Below the pieces are notes generated by a model that worked only from the letters and a program-made list of their open reading frames with translations, made no database searches and had not been told where the DNA came from. The translations under genes were made by a program, and so were the position numbers. 64,000 nt of DNA from Camelus dromedarius (Eukaryota). Positions 37,641 to 52,086 of this stretch are shown piece after piece. Position 1 is the first letter of the stretch. Each line of letters starts with the position of its first letter. Where the stretch lies: positions 9,922,001 to 9,986,000 of the forward strand of contig NC_087437.1 of the NCBI RefSeq assembly GCF_036321535.1, given 5' to 3'.

Positions 37641-40126
37641 AGCTATGGAATTTTGCAAAGAGATTTTACCTTCAGATATTTAGCAAAACTTGAATGTGTA
37701 CCACACAGCTTAAGTCCCTTAATATAAACGTTTTCTTGATAACATACTGGAAATTTATGGCCGCTTTCCTTTTAAAATGTCTCAGGTAATAATTTTCCCA
37801 TTTTGAGTATTATGAAGATCTCACAGCTTTGAAGAATTATTGTTTTCTTTTTGATGGTCAAAAATCTAACATCTTCATCTGTAGAATCTTTTTTAACCAG
37901 GCTTCATTGTTTCAACAGTAACCTCCCCACTTTTTTAAAAAAAAGTTTCTCTCTGGAAACAAGAAGGTCCTGGATCATCCTGAATTTCCTGTCACAGGGA
38001 ACTCTGGTTCCTTTTGGGTAAAGGACCATATTAGAGACCAAAATCTAAATACAAATAAGTTGTTCCACATGATTAATGGTAGTTTTTTAAAAAGTGACAC
38101 CTTTTATAAGCCCATTTGTAGTAATATAGCTAGGAAATATCTTTAAAGGTGATAAATTCATATTGATATGACTGATGTAACTCTTAAAAACTAAATTAAA
38201 AAAAAAACCTTATACCAAGATAAAAATATTTATGACATGCTTACTTAGATTTTTTAACCTCTCACTCAAGTTGTACATAGAGTTTTCTTATATTTTAGAA
38301 CCCTTATCTGTCCCAAGAGACCCCAGTCTGTAGTCACTTTATTTATATTTATAACAGATATTCATAACAGTGATTACCTGCAGGTAAAAGTAAAAATAGA
38401 AAGTTTATTTTGTATGAAAGGGCCTTTAAGCTTTAGAAAATCTCCAAGATGAGAGAGAGAGTAGATTCAAGCTTTTTGGCTAACAGCCTCACTGAAGGAA
38501 ACTGTCAATAGATTTCTTAAATTACTCTCAGAAGAACTGAGGACTTAAGTTAGAAAAGGAATCAGCATGATTCCATCTGATCCAGGCTTTGAACTAATTT
38601 ACTTGAACTCAACAGCATATACGATGCTTGAAGGAATAAAACTGACGACTGCTTTGAGCCTCTAATCAAAGAAGGCGCCGTTGAGTCAGTTACACATGGA
38701 AATTCACCAGCCGGGGTCCCAGGAATTCCCTCCATCTTGAATGCTTTGTCTTTGAATGCTTTGCCAAGGTGGGCTTTAAGAAGGTCGCAAAAGGATGATG
38801 TCCTTGTGCAGCACAAAAACTTTACTATGTTTCAGAACCAGTCCTATGTGGGTTCAGATCCTAACTCTGCTAACACTTAGCTGCGTGAGTTTGTTAAGAG
38901 ACTTCAGTCTCTAGACCTCGTTTTGTGTGTGTGTGTAAGTAAGCAGGATAATAGAGCTTGGGAGCAAGGTTGGAGGAAATCAAAAATATAGCATGCAGAA
39001 GCAAATGGCAGAATATCTAAAGAATTAAGAATTATTTATAAAACCAATATAAGTTATCCGTCCAAAAATGATAGAAAAAATTGGATTTTTTTCAAGGGCG
39101 CATTTATCATACTGCCTTAGCCATAATACTCTATGGAGCATATCCAGAAATTGTTAAATAAAATTATTTTCTTCAAGTTGTACCTGATTTGGATGTTGAG
39201 AAGAGTGCCAAGGAATGTTAGCACGTGTGTGTGTGTATTTGACATAATTGATGAACGTAATCTAAAACAACACTCAATAATTCATCCTGAATTTTATCAA
39301 TATTAAAAGCTAGGGAAAAATGAGGTACTCTGAGATGCCTCTTAATTAATATGTGCATTAGTTATCAGTTGCTACATAACAAATTTTCCCAACACTGGCA
39401 GCTTCTGTGGGTCAGAAAAGCAGGCATGGTTATTCTGGAACTCTAAAACACCACTTGGAATACACACGTAGAATAAGGGAAAACTCCATATGCTTCACAA
39501 ATGTCAATGTTAATGTCACTGGGTTTCCTACAAAGTGGAGGAACATAGAGAGAGTCAGGTTTTGCCCTTGGTCTCAGATAACATGGAACACAGGATACCA
39601 ACTAATCATTATGGAACATGGGAAAGGCTACCATGACCGCTGTCCTAATGCTCACTGCTCTGTCCTCTGGACAGCGGACACTCCCCAGGGCTGGTAAGAC
39701 AGGTGGACAGACTGCCTCACTGCCATTGACAGTTCCCTCAAAAAAGCTTCCGTTCAGGCAGAAGCTGCCTAGGCGGTACACATACTTAGGCTTACAAAAG
39801 TCTACTAAAGCTAAAAGTGAATAACCTATTTTCAGGAAGTAACTTTATCCAAAGAGTGTTGTTTATTTCTTTCCCATTCCTTGTGGTATGTGCATTACCT
39901 TCAGACAGAAGGATTTTGTGCAACTTAAAGGTTATCCATACATATCCTTGTTTATTGGAAGAAAGAAAAATTAGAGTGAAAATTTTCACCAAGGAATTTG
40001 AGGTTGATACGGTTTGGATTTAGATTTTTTGATAATTTTGTATTTAGAAAATTTGGATACATAGATATTCAAAATCATGCAAAGTATAGGAAGTTCTCAT
40101 TTACATGTGAACTTGCTTTGTGGTAA

Positions 40127-40645
40127 TATTACTGAGTTCAAACTCATTCTGCTTGCCGCACGACAGGCCAATAAATCAAGAGACGAGGTGTCGGGGCAAG
40201 AAATAATGACTTTATTCAAAAAGACAGCAGACTGAAAAGATGGGGTACTAATGTTCTAGAGAACCATCTTCTCCAAGTCAGAATTTAGGTTTCTTTTTAT
40301 ACTAAAAAGGGAGGGGATATAATCGGTTGTTGCAAACCTCTTGGTGTCAGAATCCTTTGTTCTTGTAGCTGTCCACGTGGGTCAGTCACGGTGTCCCTGT
40401 AAACCTCCAACAAGACACGTGTTATTTTCTCCTTTGCAAATCTTTATCCCTATATGAACGGGAAAGTGTTACACCCTTAAAAGTCAGAGCCTTGAGAATA
40501 GGCTCTCCTGTGTATTTCAGGCCCTAGGCAACATTCTTTCACAAAAGGTGCAGAACCAGCATGACCAAGCCCAGGTAACAGAGCACAGGGTTAGAGCTGA
40601 AGGAACAGATCCAATATGGAGTCAGATTTGTTCTTCTCTATTACA
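40127..40645 (-). mobile_element. Solo ERV1-class LTR with perfect TSD
   Basis: tattactgag...ctattaca termini, TSD GTAA (40123-40126 / 40646-40649), minus-strand TATAAAA (40295-40301) and AATAAA (40211-40216). Confidence 0.9.
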
Positions 40646-42615
40646 GTAATAGTACAGATAAAAGAATACACTCTTTTTTAAAAAAGTTAACCCTCAGAAG
40701 CTTTTTTGGACAAGCCTCAGCTCACCTTGATTTTTATTTTAATTCCTTGTATCTTCAACATTATATGAGTTGACTTTTTTCCTCATCTGTTTCTTTTTAA
40801 ATGACTTAAGACTTTTCCTGAGAGAATGTCCTCTTCAAAAAGTTTAGATGTAAATCCTACCCTTTTGTGTCCAGTTACTGCCCAATACAGCCCTCGGCAC
40901 ATAAGGAGCACTGCCCTCACTTTGCTGACTAATTGATTGTAAGAGTTTGAATTATTGCACCAGATTTTCTCATCCATAAATTATTACTTGATCGTAAGTT
41001 GACCAACTCATAACCTGCATCAAGTTGACTAGGACAACAGAACCTCGTCTAGAAAATTACACTTCAGATTTATGTAGCTTCCAAAATGCCCAATTAATTC
41101 TCAAGATGTAATTGACTCCCTGGAAGAATCTATCATATTAAATTTACATTCCTTCAAATTAAAAGATTATTTTAAAATAAAGGATGTTGCACGCTCAAAA
41201 TCTCTTCATTCTCCAGATGAGACACATCAAATGTGGCTGGAATTAGCTTAATATTTTTCCACAGTGCTTTATAGTTTTTCAAGTTCTGTAAGCCAATCAG
41301 ACACAGCATTTTTTTTTTTTTTTAGTTTATCTGATGATGTGAAAAATGATGACTCAGAGAAATAAAGCGATTTTTCTGAGGTCGCATCACTAATCAGAGG
41401 CAAAGCTAGCACCTGTTCGGATGCTCTTGGCTTTCTCCCATCAATACTTTTTGTAATTTTAATACACTCCATATGAGCCTGTGCACCCACACATAGTTTA
41501 GTCATAGGCTAATGGAATGTCATTATTTTAAAACTCTCTTTCTATGGCAAGAAAAAGCCACCTGCCTCTACTGTATATATTTCTTCTCCTGCAGCAGCAA
41601 TGTTCCCAAAGTAAATATGCATTTAATGATGCCTGGCTGAGCAGGGGATGGAGCTGGGGGGGGGGGACCCTCCGCCTGTTATAAGGACCTCTCCACCACT
41701 CCTCTTCTCCACTCCAATGCCTATGCCTGGCCTGAGAGAACAAATCAACACAGCTCACCTTCAGCCAGCATATTTGTAAATGAGCAAAAGTGGGGAAAGA
41801 ATGTTGTCTTCCAGAGTGGTAGGGGGGCAAAGCTAGAGAAGAATGCGGAAGCAAGGCTCTGCCCTGTCACAGGTTCTTATTCTTTCTGTGCTCACAAGGG
41901 CTATTAACAGATGAAGGCAGTTCAACAGAACTTAATTTGAATTTGCCTCTTGCAATCCTGTCAGACTGATATATCCCAATAAAATTAAAAACAAGTGGCA
42001 GAACAAATGTGACAATTCCATTCTGAGACCGTAAGGTAGGGACTGCCTGGCAGCTGTTTTCAACTAACAATTTCAGTTGTGACATCAAAGAATTGGGTTC
42101 TTTTTTTTTTGGCTACCTTTACTTTAAATTCTCAATAAAAAATGAAGGGAAAAAAATTCATTATTTAAAAAAAATAGACTTCTAAGCTATATTATCAGAA
42201 CTTTTCTGAAGGGGCCTCAGAAGCAAATGACAGAACTCATAAAACAACAATATAGCAAAGAAACCCAATTCGGAGTTTTATATTCAGGATAAAAAGTTAA
42301 TAAGAGAAAAAAAATTTAATGAGCCCCAAAATATAAAGTTGTGTTCTTTCTTTTGAATGATTTTTGAACATTTTCCCTCTGGAAAATGTATTTTTAACAT
42401 AATTTAGCTGAGCAAGTCACTTGACCTCTCGAAATCCCAGTCTTCTCACCCTTGAGTACTTGAGTGAGTTTCCATTAGAATTGAGTCGAAGTATGGAGAA
42501 TTATTTTTGAATTATACCTGCTTTTACCATTCATTCTGCTGCCTTTTCAAGACAAGGGTGTACATACACTGGGTGTGCAGTCGTATGATCCAGGCCCATC
42601 AGACTCCTTCTTAAA

Positions 42616-42750
42616 GGGGGAGGGTATAGCTCAGTGGTAGGGTGCATGCTTAGCATGCATGAGGTCCTGGGTTCAATCCCCAGTACCTCCTCTAAAAATA
42701 AATAAACATAATTACCTACCCCACCAAAAAAAAAAAAAAAAAAAAGTAAA
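42616..42750 (+). mobile_element. tRNA-Ala(AGC)-derived camelid SINE (vic-1 type), least diverged copy
   Basis: ggggagggtatagctcagtggtagggtgcatgcttagcatgcatgaggtcctgggttcaatccccagtacctcc, A20 tail, TSD tccttcttaaa/tccttctttaaa. Confidence 0.95.
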
Positions 42751-44219
42751 TATTCCTTCTTTAAAAACTTATGTTTTGCAGTGGCATATGTGGCTTTTTT
42801 GGCTTACTTTAAAGGTTTTGATGTAACTTGCATTTTTATTTTAACATTTTATAGAGTAGAGTATCTTGGTTCAATCAAATGTGAGACTCAGACAAGCCTG
42901 CCACCTCACCGTGTAGAGTTAAGTACAGCTGTGGTCAGAAGTCTATGGATACATCAAACAGACAGGGTTCTGTAACCAACTCAGGAATATTTAAGCCCCC
43001 ATCAATACGCAATGATTTATATGGGGCCCTCAAGTCCTGTGGGAAAGCTCTTGAACTTTGTCTGCAATTTAGGTTCAGACATATCCAGACTGACTGGGGC
43101 TTTGGGAGGCTTAATTACCACAGGCGGCCACTGAAAGGACCAAAGGGGCTCTGGAGAGGAAAAGTCCTGTGGGTGAGGAGAAAATTGGACAGCGTAGACT
43201 AGAGGCAGTTGGGTTTCTGAGGGAGGTGAGTCCAAGTATAATGTGAGGGTATGTGTAACCAGGCTTCAAACTAGCTCTTCCTACCAAAATCCTGTTCAGC
43301 CTTGGAAAGCGGGGAACAGAGGCAGCGATGGAAGAGCTATCCCCTCAGGAGCACAGCCAGCAGTGCCAGGAGACCACCCTTGTGTGGGACTTGACACAGG
43401 GGAGGAGAGATTTTTTTTTTTATTTATTATTGTTTTGCTGTTGTTTATGTTTCTTGTTGGCTAGAAAAAGAGGTCCGCATTTAAGCTTCATGGACAGATT
43501 CTCTCCTGAAAAGCTCTGACATGGCAGCTCAAGTTCATGGACAGTCAGTCAAGGCTCGCGAGACCAGAAAATCTAGTGAGTTCTTTCCACAAAACCCACA
43601 CATCGATATCCTATTTCTACAAATATCTGCTATTGTACTAGATACAAATACAGGAATTGAGAGAAGTAAAGAAGGAATTTTTAAATTTGGTGTCAAGACA
43701 AGCCTCCCATTCAGACCCAGCTGGATGAAGACACTTTTACACTCATGTAGCAAGTAGATGTAAATAGAGGGTAAGCTCCAACGTTCAGGATCAGCACAGG
43801 TTCTGCACAGCAACAGCTTGTGAATCTTTTCAATAAGCTTTATAGTAAAATTTTTACTGAAACCCAGCACACAACTCATCAAACTAGTTCCTTGCTTGGT
43901 TTTATGAACATGGTGGTGAAATGGCAGATACCTTTAAAAATACCCACGGAATTTGCCTCAGGGGTTGGAGACCGAGCTCTCCACATGAACCAGAGACAGC
44001 CCACAGCTTTAGGAAGAGAAGAGGTAGCAATAAATACTAAGTAACAACAGTAGGTGTTCAGATACTAAGTTCTCCAAGGTCACTGCAGGGGTCAAAAAGG
44101 CATTAGCAACGGTATATGCACATTGCTGGAGATTCAGAAGGTCACTAACGATGGGGCAAGCAGTGGCCCACAGTTAGCATAATGATCAGTGGTACAGAGA
44201 TGCTTAAAAGGAGACAGAC

Positions 44220-44430
44220 TTTGCAAATGTTAGCCACTATATATAAAAATAGATTTTTAAAAGTTTCTTCTGTGTAGCACAGGGAGCTATATTTAATGTC
44301 TTGTAATAACCTTTAATGAAAAAGAATATGAAAATGAATATATGTGTACATATGCATGACTGGGACATTGTGCTGTACAACAGAAATCGACATATTGTAG
44401 TTGTACTTCAATTAAGAAAAAAAAATAAAA
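44220..44430 (+). mobile_element. Short 5'-truncated L1 3'UTR insertion
   Basis: L1 3'UTR homology, A tail, TT|AAAA site at 44204-44209, TSD core gagacagac (44211-44219 / 44435-44443). Confidence 0.88.
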
Positions 44431-44558
44431 GAGAGAGACAGACAATAGTCCAAACCACAGAGGTCAAGAACTGAAGGAGAGAGAACACAGCCATTCTTGT
44501 CCAAATTCCCTTGTAGGGTCTGTAACCCCACAGAAACAAGATATCAGGGACAGAGAGA

Positions 44559-44751
44559 CCCAATATGGTGGCCACTAGCCACATACGGCTATTTAAATTT
44601 AGATTGCCTAAATTTAAATAAAATTAAAAGTTCAACTCTTTAGTCCCACTAACCGCTCGATGACCACATGTGGCTAGTGGTTACCGTGGGGGACAATACA
44701 GATATAGAACAGTGCCATTATCATCACAAAAAATCCCCTTGACCAGCACTG
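44559..44751. mobile_element. MER3-like hAT-Charlie element
   Basis: ccaatatggtggccactagccacat...ccacatgtggctagtggttacc...cagcactg with internal inverted repeat. Confidence 0.8.
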
Positions 44752-46074
44752 ATCCAGAAGTGATCTCACTTACGACCAAGAAACTACTACATAGAGGACA
44801 CTGTGTTAAACGTGTAAGACTTTTAGGTAATACCTAAATTAATTGTGTGCTAAATAAATGCTGAAAAAATGAAATAGGAGAAAGCATTAAAAATACTAGA
44901 TTTATTACTTTCAAACAGACGAGAAAAAGAAGTGTGAGGCACTGACACGTTACTGATAAAGTGACCTTTAAGGTGCAAGCCTGGAATGTGCCAATGATGT
45001 CCAGATGCCCTCGTAACAATAATGATGATGAATCAGAGGCCACTATCCCTGTGTGGGTTTTAAACGCTGTTTGTATATATAACTTCCCTATTGTGTATGA
45101 CTGCATACTGCAATCACCATTACAATTTGGAATGGAGAAAAAAAAGTAAAGCTATTTTAAAATAGGTTTCAAGAGTGTCTTGGCAATGGCTTTTGGGTGC
45201 TTCAACCCTCCTTCTCAGATTTTGGCAGTGAAAAATAATCCTGTGTCTTAATGAGCTTGGTAAGACAAACATTAAGAATTCCCTCACCTTCAAAGTCAGT
45301 GAGTATATTTACAAGTGGGAGATGCTTCTAACCTTAAGTTTAGATAAATATTGTCAATGTTCTATGTTAGTAAATATAAAGTTTTGTTTTAAAAGTTACT
45401 TGACACAAGGAAATATTATTAAATCTAAACATTGTTTTATGAAAGTAGACTCATTGGTTTCTTTACATAGCAAAGATCAAGCAACAGAAATCAATTCAAA
45501 TAAATAATATTCAAACAAGCTTTAAATGTATTCCTAATACTGATGTCCAGGTCAATTAAAATACAGATGTGAATGCTAAAAGGAACAGTACAACACCTTA
45601 TATATAATCCATTTTTAATTTCCTTTGGAGCTACAACACCCAACATTTCTACACAAAATAGTAGTTATCAAAGTCTTAGGATATTCAGCATTTCTCTGGC
45701 TTATCTGGACTGGAAGGGCATCTCATTCAGGTGAACTGAAATGGAAATCACACCCTGACCCAAGGAGAGAGAAATAATTAAGACCAGATGCAAGGTGCGA
45801 AAATAAACTTTTTGATCAGTTACTCCATCCCAGTAAATTCAACAAATGTACTTACACAACTACTGTATTATGCACGATCTAAACTGAGATGCACAACAAA
45901 ACATTCATCACTCATAAATGTGTTTGGTTAAAATGATGCTAATGTGGCAAAATAAAGGAGTTTCTATGCAGAAATCAGATTTACAGAAAGAAATATCTGG
46001 CCCATACAAAATAAATCTTCTCTCTTGGCTTGCCTTCTCTCACATTCAAAGCATTGACCTCAGCGTCACTGCGA

Positions 46075-46735
46075 TAAATCAATGCATTTACTTTATTTGT
46101 TTAACAAATATGAATTAGGTACTTGTTATGGCAGAAGTAAAAGTGCTCGGGGCGGGGGTAGGGTAGGTGATTTTAAAAAGGGTGGCAAAGGAAAATCTCC
46201 TTCGGAAGGTGGACATTTGAGCAAAGATGCAGATATAAAAGGTGAAGGCGGCAGCAGTGAGGATATTTGGGGAGGGTATCCCAGGAAGAAGGAAAAGCCA
46301 GTGCAAAGGCCTCAGGATGGAGCGTGTCTGGTGTGCGGGAAAGAGCGAGGAAACCAGCGGGGCAGGCACCAAATGAGTGCGGGAAAGAGGTTTTAGAAGA
46401 AGCAGAGAAGTAGCAGGATGTCCCATCACGTGAAGACATATGAGCCATCATGAGGAAATTCGCTTTTACTCAGGGTGAAAAGGGGAGTTATTGCAGGTTT
46501 AAGGAAAGAGAGATATTATTGGACATGCCTTAAATATGATCACTCTGGCTTCTTCATTGAGAGTATAATGCAAAGGGCCAGGGGACAAAGCAGGGAGCCC
46601 AGCTAGGATGCTACTGGCACAACCCAGGGCAGAGATGATGATGACGGGGACTGGTTTGGTTACATTAGCTGCGATGAAAAGTGGTCATATCATCCATCTA
46701 TTTGGAAAATAGAGCTAACAGAATTTCCTGATGTC
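46075..46735 (-). mobile_element. L2
   Basis: gacatttgagcaaaga...ccagtgcaaaggcctcagg...atgatcactctggct...cagctaggatgctactggca. Confidence 0.8.
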
Positions 46736-49700
46736 AAGTATCAACGCTGTCTCATTGGAAGCTAATACATTCTTAGGAAAAATATGCACATATATATTCA
46801 TGACCAATATTCTGATATCACATCCTGATTATAATACTTAGAAGGGATGGTTCCATTCCTTTCCAGAAAACTGTCAGTAAATCCTCTCTGCCCCACAAAA
46901 GTGAGGTCAAAGCTTTAGCCAGATCAAGAAAACTCTTCAAAAAGATGAAGCTCTTTTGTGACTAAATACACTGAGAATTCACGTGGTCATGAGGAAATGA
47001 GATGCCTCTGCGGTTGGCCCTTGGGTATTACAATAGTAAATGAAAATGTGTCACAGCGTTCGTTGTCTTCATTCAATAATATTAATAGCCCTGGTCTCAA
47101 TTTTTTAATTGAAATGCTCCTGCTCCCAAGGATATGGTAGATTCCTAATTGATCCATTTTTCAGGTTATGCACTTGTGCTTTCTTTGATATTATCTTTTA
47201 ATAGCTAAAACTGTTTTACATCTTCCCCTTGAGAATATCTGAATCTCACTTCTTATTAAAAAGTCTTTGGTTGTCTTCCTGGGATCTTGATCTTGTGAAA
47301 GAAAATAAAAACCTCCAAAGGAGAGACAATTTGATTAAAAAAAAAAAGATGTTTTTAGATGTCTACCATTGATATAAGATTCATAATAAATAATAAAAAT
47401 CTCAAAGATAAATTCGTTTTTAAATTTAATAACAATTATAGAAAAAAATTGCCCACACACTCCCCTTAATCACAATTCTTTCAGAATAAAATTGACAGTC
47501 AAATAGGACCCCCATTAAAATGCAATGAAATATATTTTAAGAATATGACTAACAGACGGTATTTTGAATGTAGCATAAACTTTGGGGGTTTGTTATATTA
47601 AAAACATAGGGGAGAAAATGTAATTTAAACCTGTACAAGTAACTTTCTTTGCACAGGTAAGAGACAAACTCAAATAGCTTAAACACTAAGGAAGAAAATC
47701 TTCTGCGACTTGAATTACTAATAGGAAACAATGAAACTTACAGTATTAATGAAAATCAGATTTAAAACATTTAGGTTATTACAGACAATTGGAAGGCTTT
47801 TATATGTTGGAAGCAGAAAGTCCTCTAAAATTGGTTTAATGGGACAATAGAAAGCCAAGTGGTGGAGGGTCTAGGAAGCTGTCCAGCTCCCTAAAAATGT
47901 TCATGCACACATATTATGTAGGAGTGGACAAATTTATCAAACTGTTGAAATGAGAATAACCAGGAAAATACCACAGCTGGAAATTTGCTGTAAAGGAATA
48001 AAGGTGTAAGGGGGAGGGTGGGAATTCCACAGTGCTGTTTGTTGTTTTGTGGTTAGCTAATAATAAATTCCTGTTCATGATGTTATTAACGACTGAAGGC
48101 TGGTGCTTAGAATGGAGCCATCTCAGGTATCCCAAAGGAGAAGGTGAACAACCTACTACTTGTTTCCCCAGAAGCCAAGGGCTTACAGAAAAAGCAAAGC
48201 TACCCCCGAAATTAAATACATAGAACTCAGGAGAATCCAGCCAGCCTTCCATATATTTGATCTAGCCAAGAGTCTTCATTATGTATTCCGAAGGGCTGTT
48301 AAAATGCAGTGTATCTGATGATTTACCCAGGAGGAACAAAGAGAGATTGAATTGCCATCCCAAGGCCACAGACTAAGAAAGAAAATTTCCTCCCATTTTA
48401 ATCCCTTTAGTGATGTCAGTAAACCATGTCATGGACAATCTCAGTGGATTGAGGTATAACCCAATCTAATAATGATAGCCGAGGGAGAGTATAGGTTTTC
48501 AAGGTTAATAAACCAACCCATTATAATCTGAGCTCACATAATGTAAGGGGTCCTCATGCCACCTGACCAGCTCTGTAAGATCTAGTTTTAGACTATCTCC
48601 ACCACTATAAAAGTTCTGAAATATAAACCCAAATGTGGGCTTCTGTTTCTAACAGAGATAACAAAGATGTGTTAACAGTAACTAGATTTATGCTCTCATT
48701 CCAAAACAACCCTCCCCCAAAAGATAAAATATTTGACAAAGATGATTTTCAAAATGGACTGCAGATAATGAAAGACAGTGGTCCTTGAGAAATGAGAAAC
48801 AAGGTGGGTCCTATCATGGCCCCACCTTGAAGGCATTTCAAGGCTACAGTGCAGGGAAGGGGAACCAGGCAGAACCTGGTGATCTCAGTGGGTTAAGGGG
48901 ATGGAAGTTAGTGTCTGGGGAAAGCAAGGCAGCCAGCATCGCACAGCAAGAGAACCCTGGAGAGCTGCAGAGAGACTTGACTATTTAGCAAAGTACTAAC
49001 CAACACAAGTATGTGGGGAAACTGCTCAAGGCCTGGAAAAGAATCATCTGGAAAGATGAAATGGAACAGTGCATGGCACTCATGTGGGGTTAGGGATGGT
49101 GACCACTCCTGCTCCCACTAGCCAGACTGGAAAAACTCATCACTCATGGGCAGTGTCCTCAGGAAAGTCTTGCCTCAGCAATGGAAATAACTAACTCTAG
49201 ACAGATCGTCAATTCAGATACACCTCACAAATCATAAAGCAAGACCTGAAAAGATAAGATAATTTCGAAGACATTTAACTTAACCCAGGAAGAAGCACAA
49301 GAATATTTACAGGAATATAAAAATATTCAGTACTCAACAAAGGGAGACTCACAACATCTGCCATCTAATCAAAGGTGACCAGACACGCAAAGAAGCTGGA
49401 ACACATGCCATCATGAGGAAAGTAATCAAATACAAATGCCTCAGCATTGTGACAGATGTTAGAATTGACAGACAAGGAAATTTAAACATTACAATTGTAT
49501 TCCACACATTCAAAGAATTAGAGAAATGGAAGATATTTTTTGGGAAAAAAAAAAAACTTCTAGCCGTGCAAACTGCAATATTTGAGGTAAAATATATACT
49601 GAGTAGGATTAACAACAGAGCAAACATTCCTGATGAAACCAGTAGGAAACTTGGCAAAAAAAAAAAAAATAATAAAATGATCTAAGCTGAAACAAAGAGA

Positions 49701-52086
49701 AAAAGGAAAATTTTATAAAATAAACACAACTTCAGTGAACTGTGAGACAACTTCAAGCAGGCTAATTTACATGTACTTGGGCATCCTCAAAAGAGAAGGA
49801 CAAAAAAAATTGAGGAAATGATGGCTGAAAATTTTCCAAAATTGATCAAAATTATAAACGTCAAAAATCTATGTCGCTCCACAAATCCAAGCAAAATAAA
49901 CATTAAGGGACACACCATCATCTTTACTCAAGACCAGTGAGAAAGAGAAAAATGTACAGCCAGAGTAAAGCAAGGTTATGCAGGGAAAAGGATGATAGCA
50001 GATATGTCATGAGAAACAATGCCAGCAAAGTGACAGTGGGGGAATGACTTTAAAGCAGTAAAACAAACAAACAAGCAAACACCCCTATAACACCAGTCAA
50101 GAGAAAGCCGGAGTACTTTGTACATAGATGAAGTAAGTTTTGCAGCAAAGCACATTAGTAAAGATACGAGAAGTTCAATTCACCAAAAGGTCATAACAAT
50201 CCTGAACATTTATGTACTTAAACTGGAGCTTCAAAGTACATAAAGCAAAGTGGATTGAACTGCAAAAAGAAATAGATAAATCGACAATCACAGTCACCTA
50301 TTTCAACACCTGCACTCCGTAAGTGATTGAGTAAGTAAGAAATACATCAGCGAATGTGCACTAGACTTGAACAATATTATCAAACAGCTTGATCCAAATA
50401 AATGTCTACCCAACAACAGCAGCAAACACATTTTAAAAAACATATCTGGAATGTTTACCAACATATTCTGAATCTTAAAGCAAATCTCAATAAATTCTAA
50501 ATGATTCAGATCATAAAAGGCATGTTCTTTGACCAAATGAAACAAGTGAGATGCAAATAACATAAAGCTTTCAGGAAAATATACAAATATTTGGAAACTA
50601 AATAACACACTTCAAATAGCCAATAGGTCAAAAAGGTAGTCAAAGGGCAAACTAGAAAATATCTTATACTGAATAAAAATAAAATGCAATATGTCACAAT
50701 TTGTGGAATGCCATGAAAGCTGTATATAGAGGAAACTTCAAGGCAACACACCCTATATTCAGAGAAGAAAGATCACAGATCAGTGGCTCCATTTTACACC
50801 TAAAGTTACTATAAAAATAGGAGCAAATGATGCCCAGAGTGAACAGAACAAAGAAAAAAATAAATACGGAAGTGGAAATCAATAAAATAAAAACCAAAAA
50901 GATGCTAGTAAAAAAATAATGAAATTAAAAGCTGGTTCTTTAAGATCAGTAACGTTGATAAATCTCTAGACAGACTGATCAGGAAAAAAAGATAAAACAC
51001 AAATTACTGATACCTGGAATGAGAAAGGTGACATCTCTCAGATTTTAAAGACATTAAAAGGAAAATAAGTATTAGTTACAATTCCACTCCCATCAATTTG
51101 ACAACTTAGATGAAATGAACACATTCTTTAAAAGCACAAGTTATCAACGCTCTCTAAAGGAGAAATACATAGCCGAATAGCCCTGCATCTGCTGATGAAA
51201 TTCAATTTGTAGTTTAAAAACTTTCCCTAACAAAGGACTCCAGGCTAATATGTCTTTGCTTGTTTATTCAAGGAGGAAATATTACCAAGTCTACAAAATT
51301 CTTCCAAAAAACTGAAGAAGATAATTCCTAATGCATTCTATGAGATCAACATTGCTGATACCAAACCCAAAGACACTAAAAATAAAACCATAGACCACTA
51401 TCCCCACTGAACATAGATATAAAAATTTTAACCAAAATTTTAGCAATTTGAAAGCAACAATATATATAAAGGATACTATATCACAAAAAATTATTGTTTA
51501 TTTCAAGTTAACATTTGGAAATCAATTCATGTAATTTACCATATTGAACTACATTTAAAAAAAAACAGAAATCAAAACAAAATGTGTGATCATCTCTACA
51601 GACACGGGAAAAGCATTTGACAAAATCTGAAATCCATTTTTGTTTAAGAAAAACCAAGCAAACTAAAAATAGAAACTTTCTTAATCAGAGAAAGGATTCT
51701 CCAAAATCTATGGTTTCCCCCTAAGATCAGGCCTAACAAAAGAATTTCTGCTTTTACAATTTCTATTCAATATTGCACTACAGGTTCCAGCCAGCACATT
51801 TAGATAAAATGAAATAAAATAAAATAATATAATGTAAAGAAAGTAGAAAGAGAAAAAAAAGAAGAACGGTCATTCAGACTGGAAAAGAAGACATAAAACA
51901 AACTTTCTTGTAGAAAATATGATGGAATCAGCCAAAAAACTACTAAATACAAAATATCAACATTTTATATACTACAATAAATAATAAAAATTCCAATTAA
52001 AAAGATAAATCTGATAATATGTGAGAGATCTATGGACTGAAAACTGTAAAACATTACTGAGAACGAAGGGGTTAAAAGACTCAATA

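Noticed and set aside
42616..42750. Bona fide tRNA-Ala gene (also 8804 and 3401 copies)
   Set aside because: Followed by SINE body, A tail and TSD with no nearby T-run terminator, so classed as SINE
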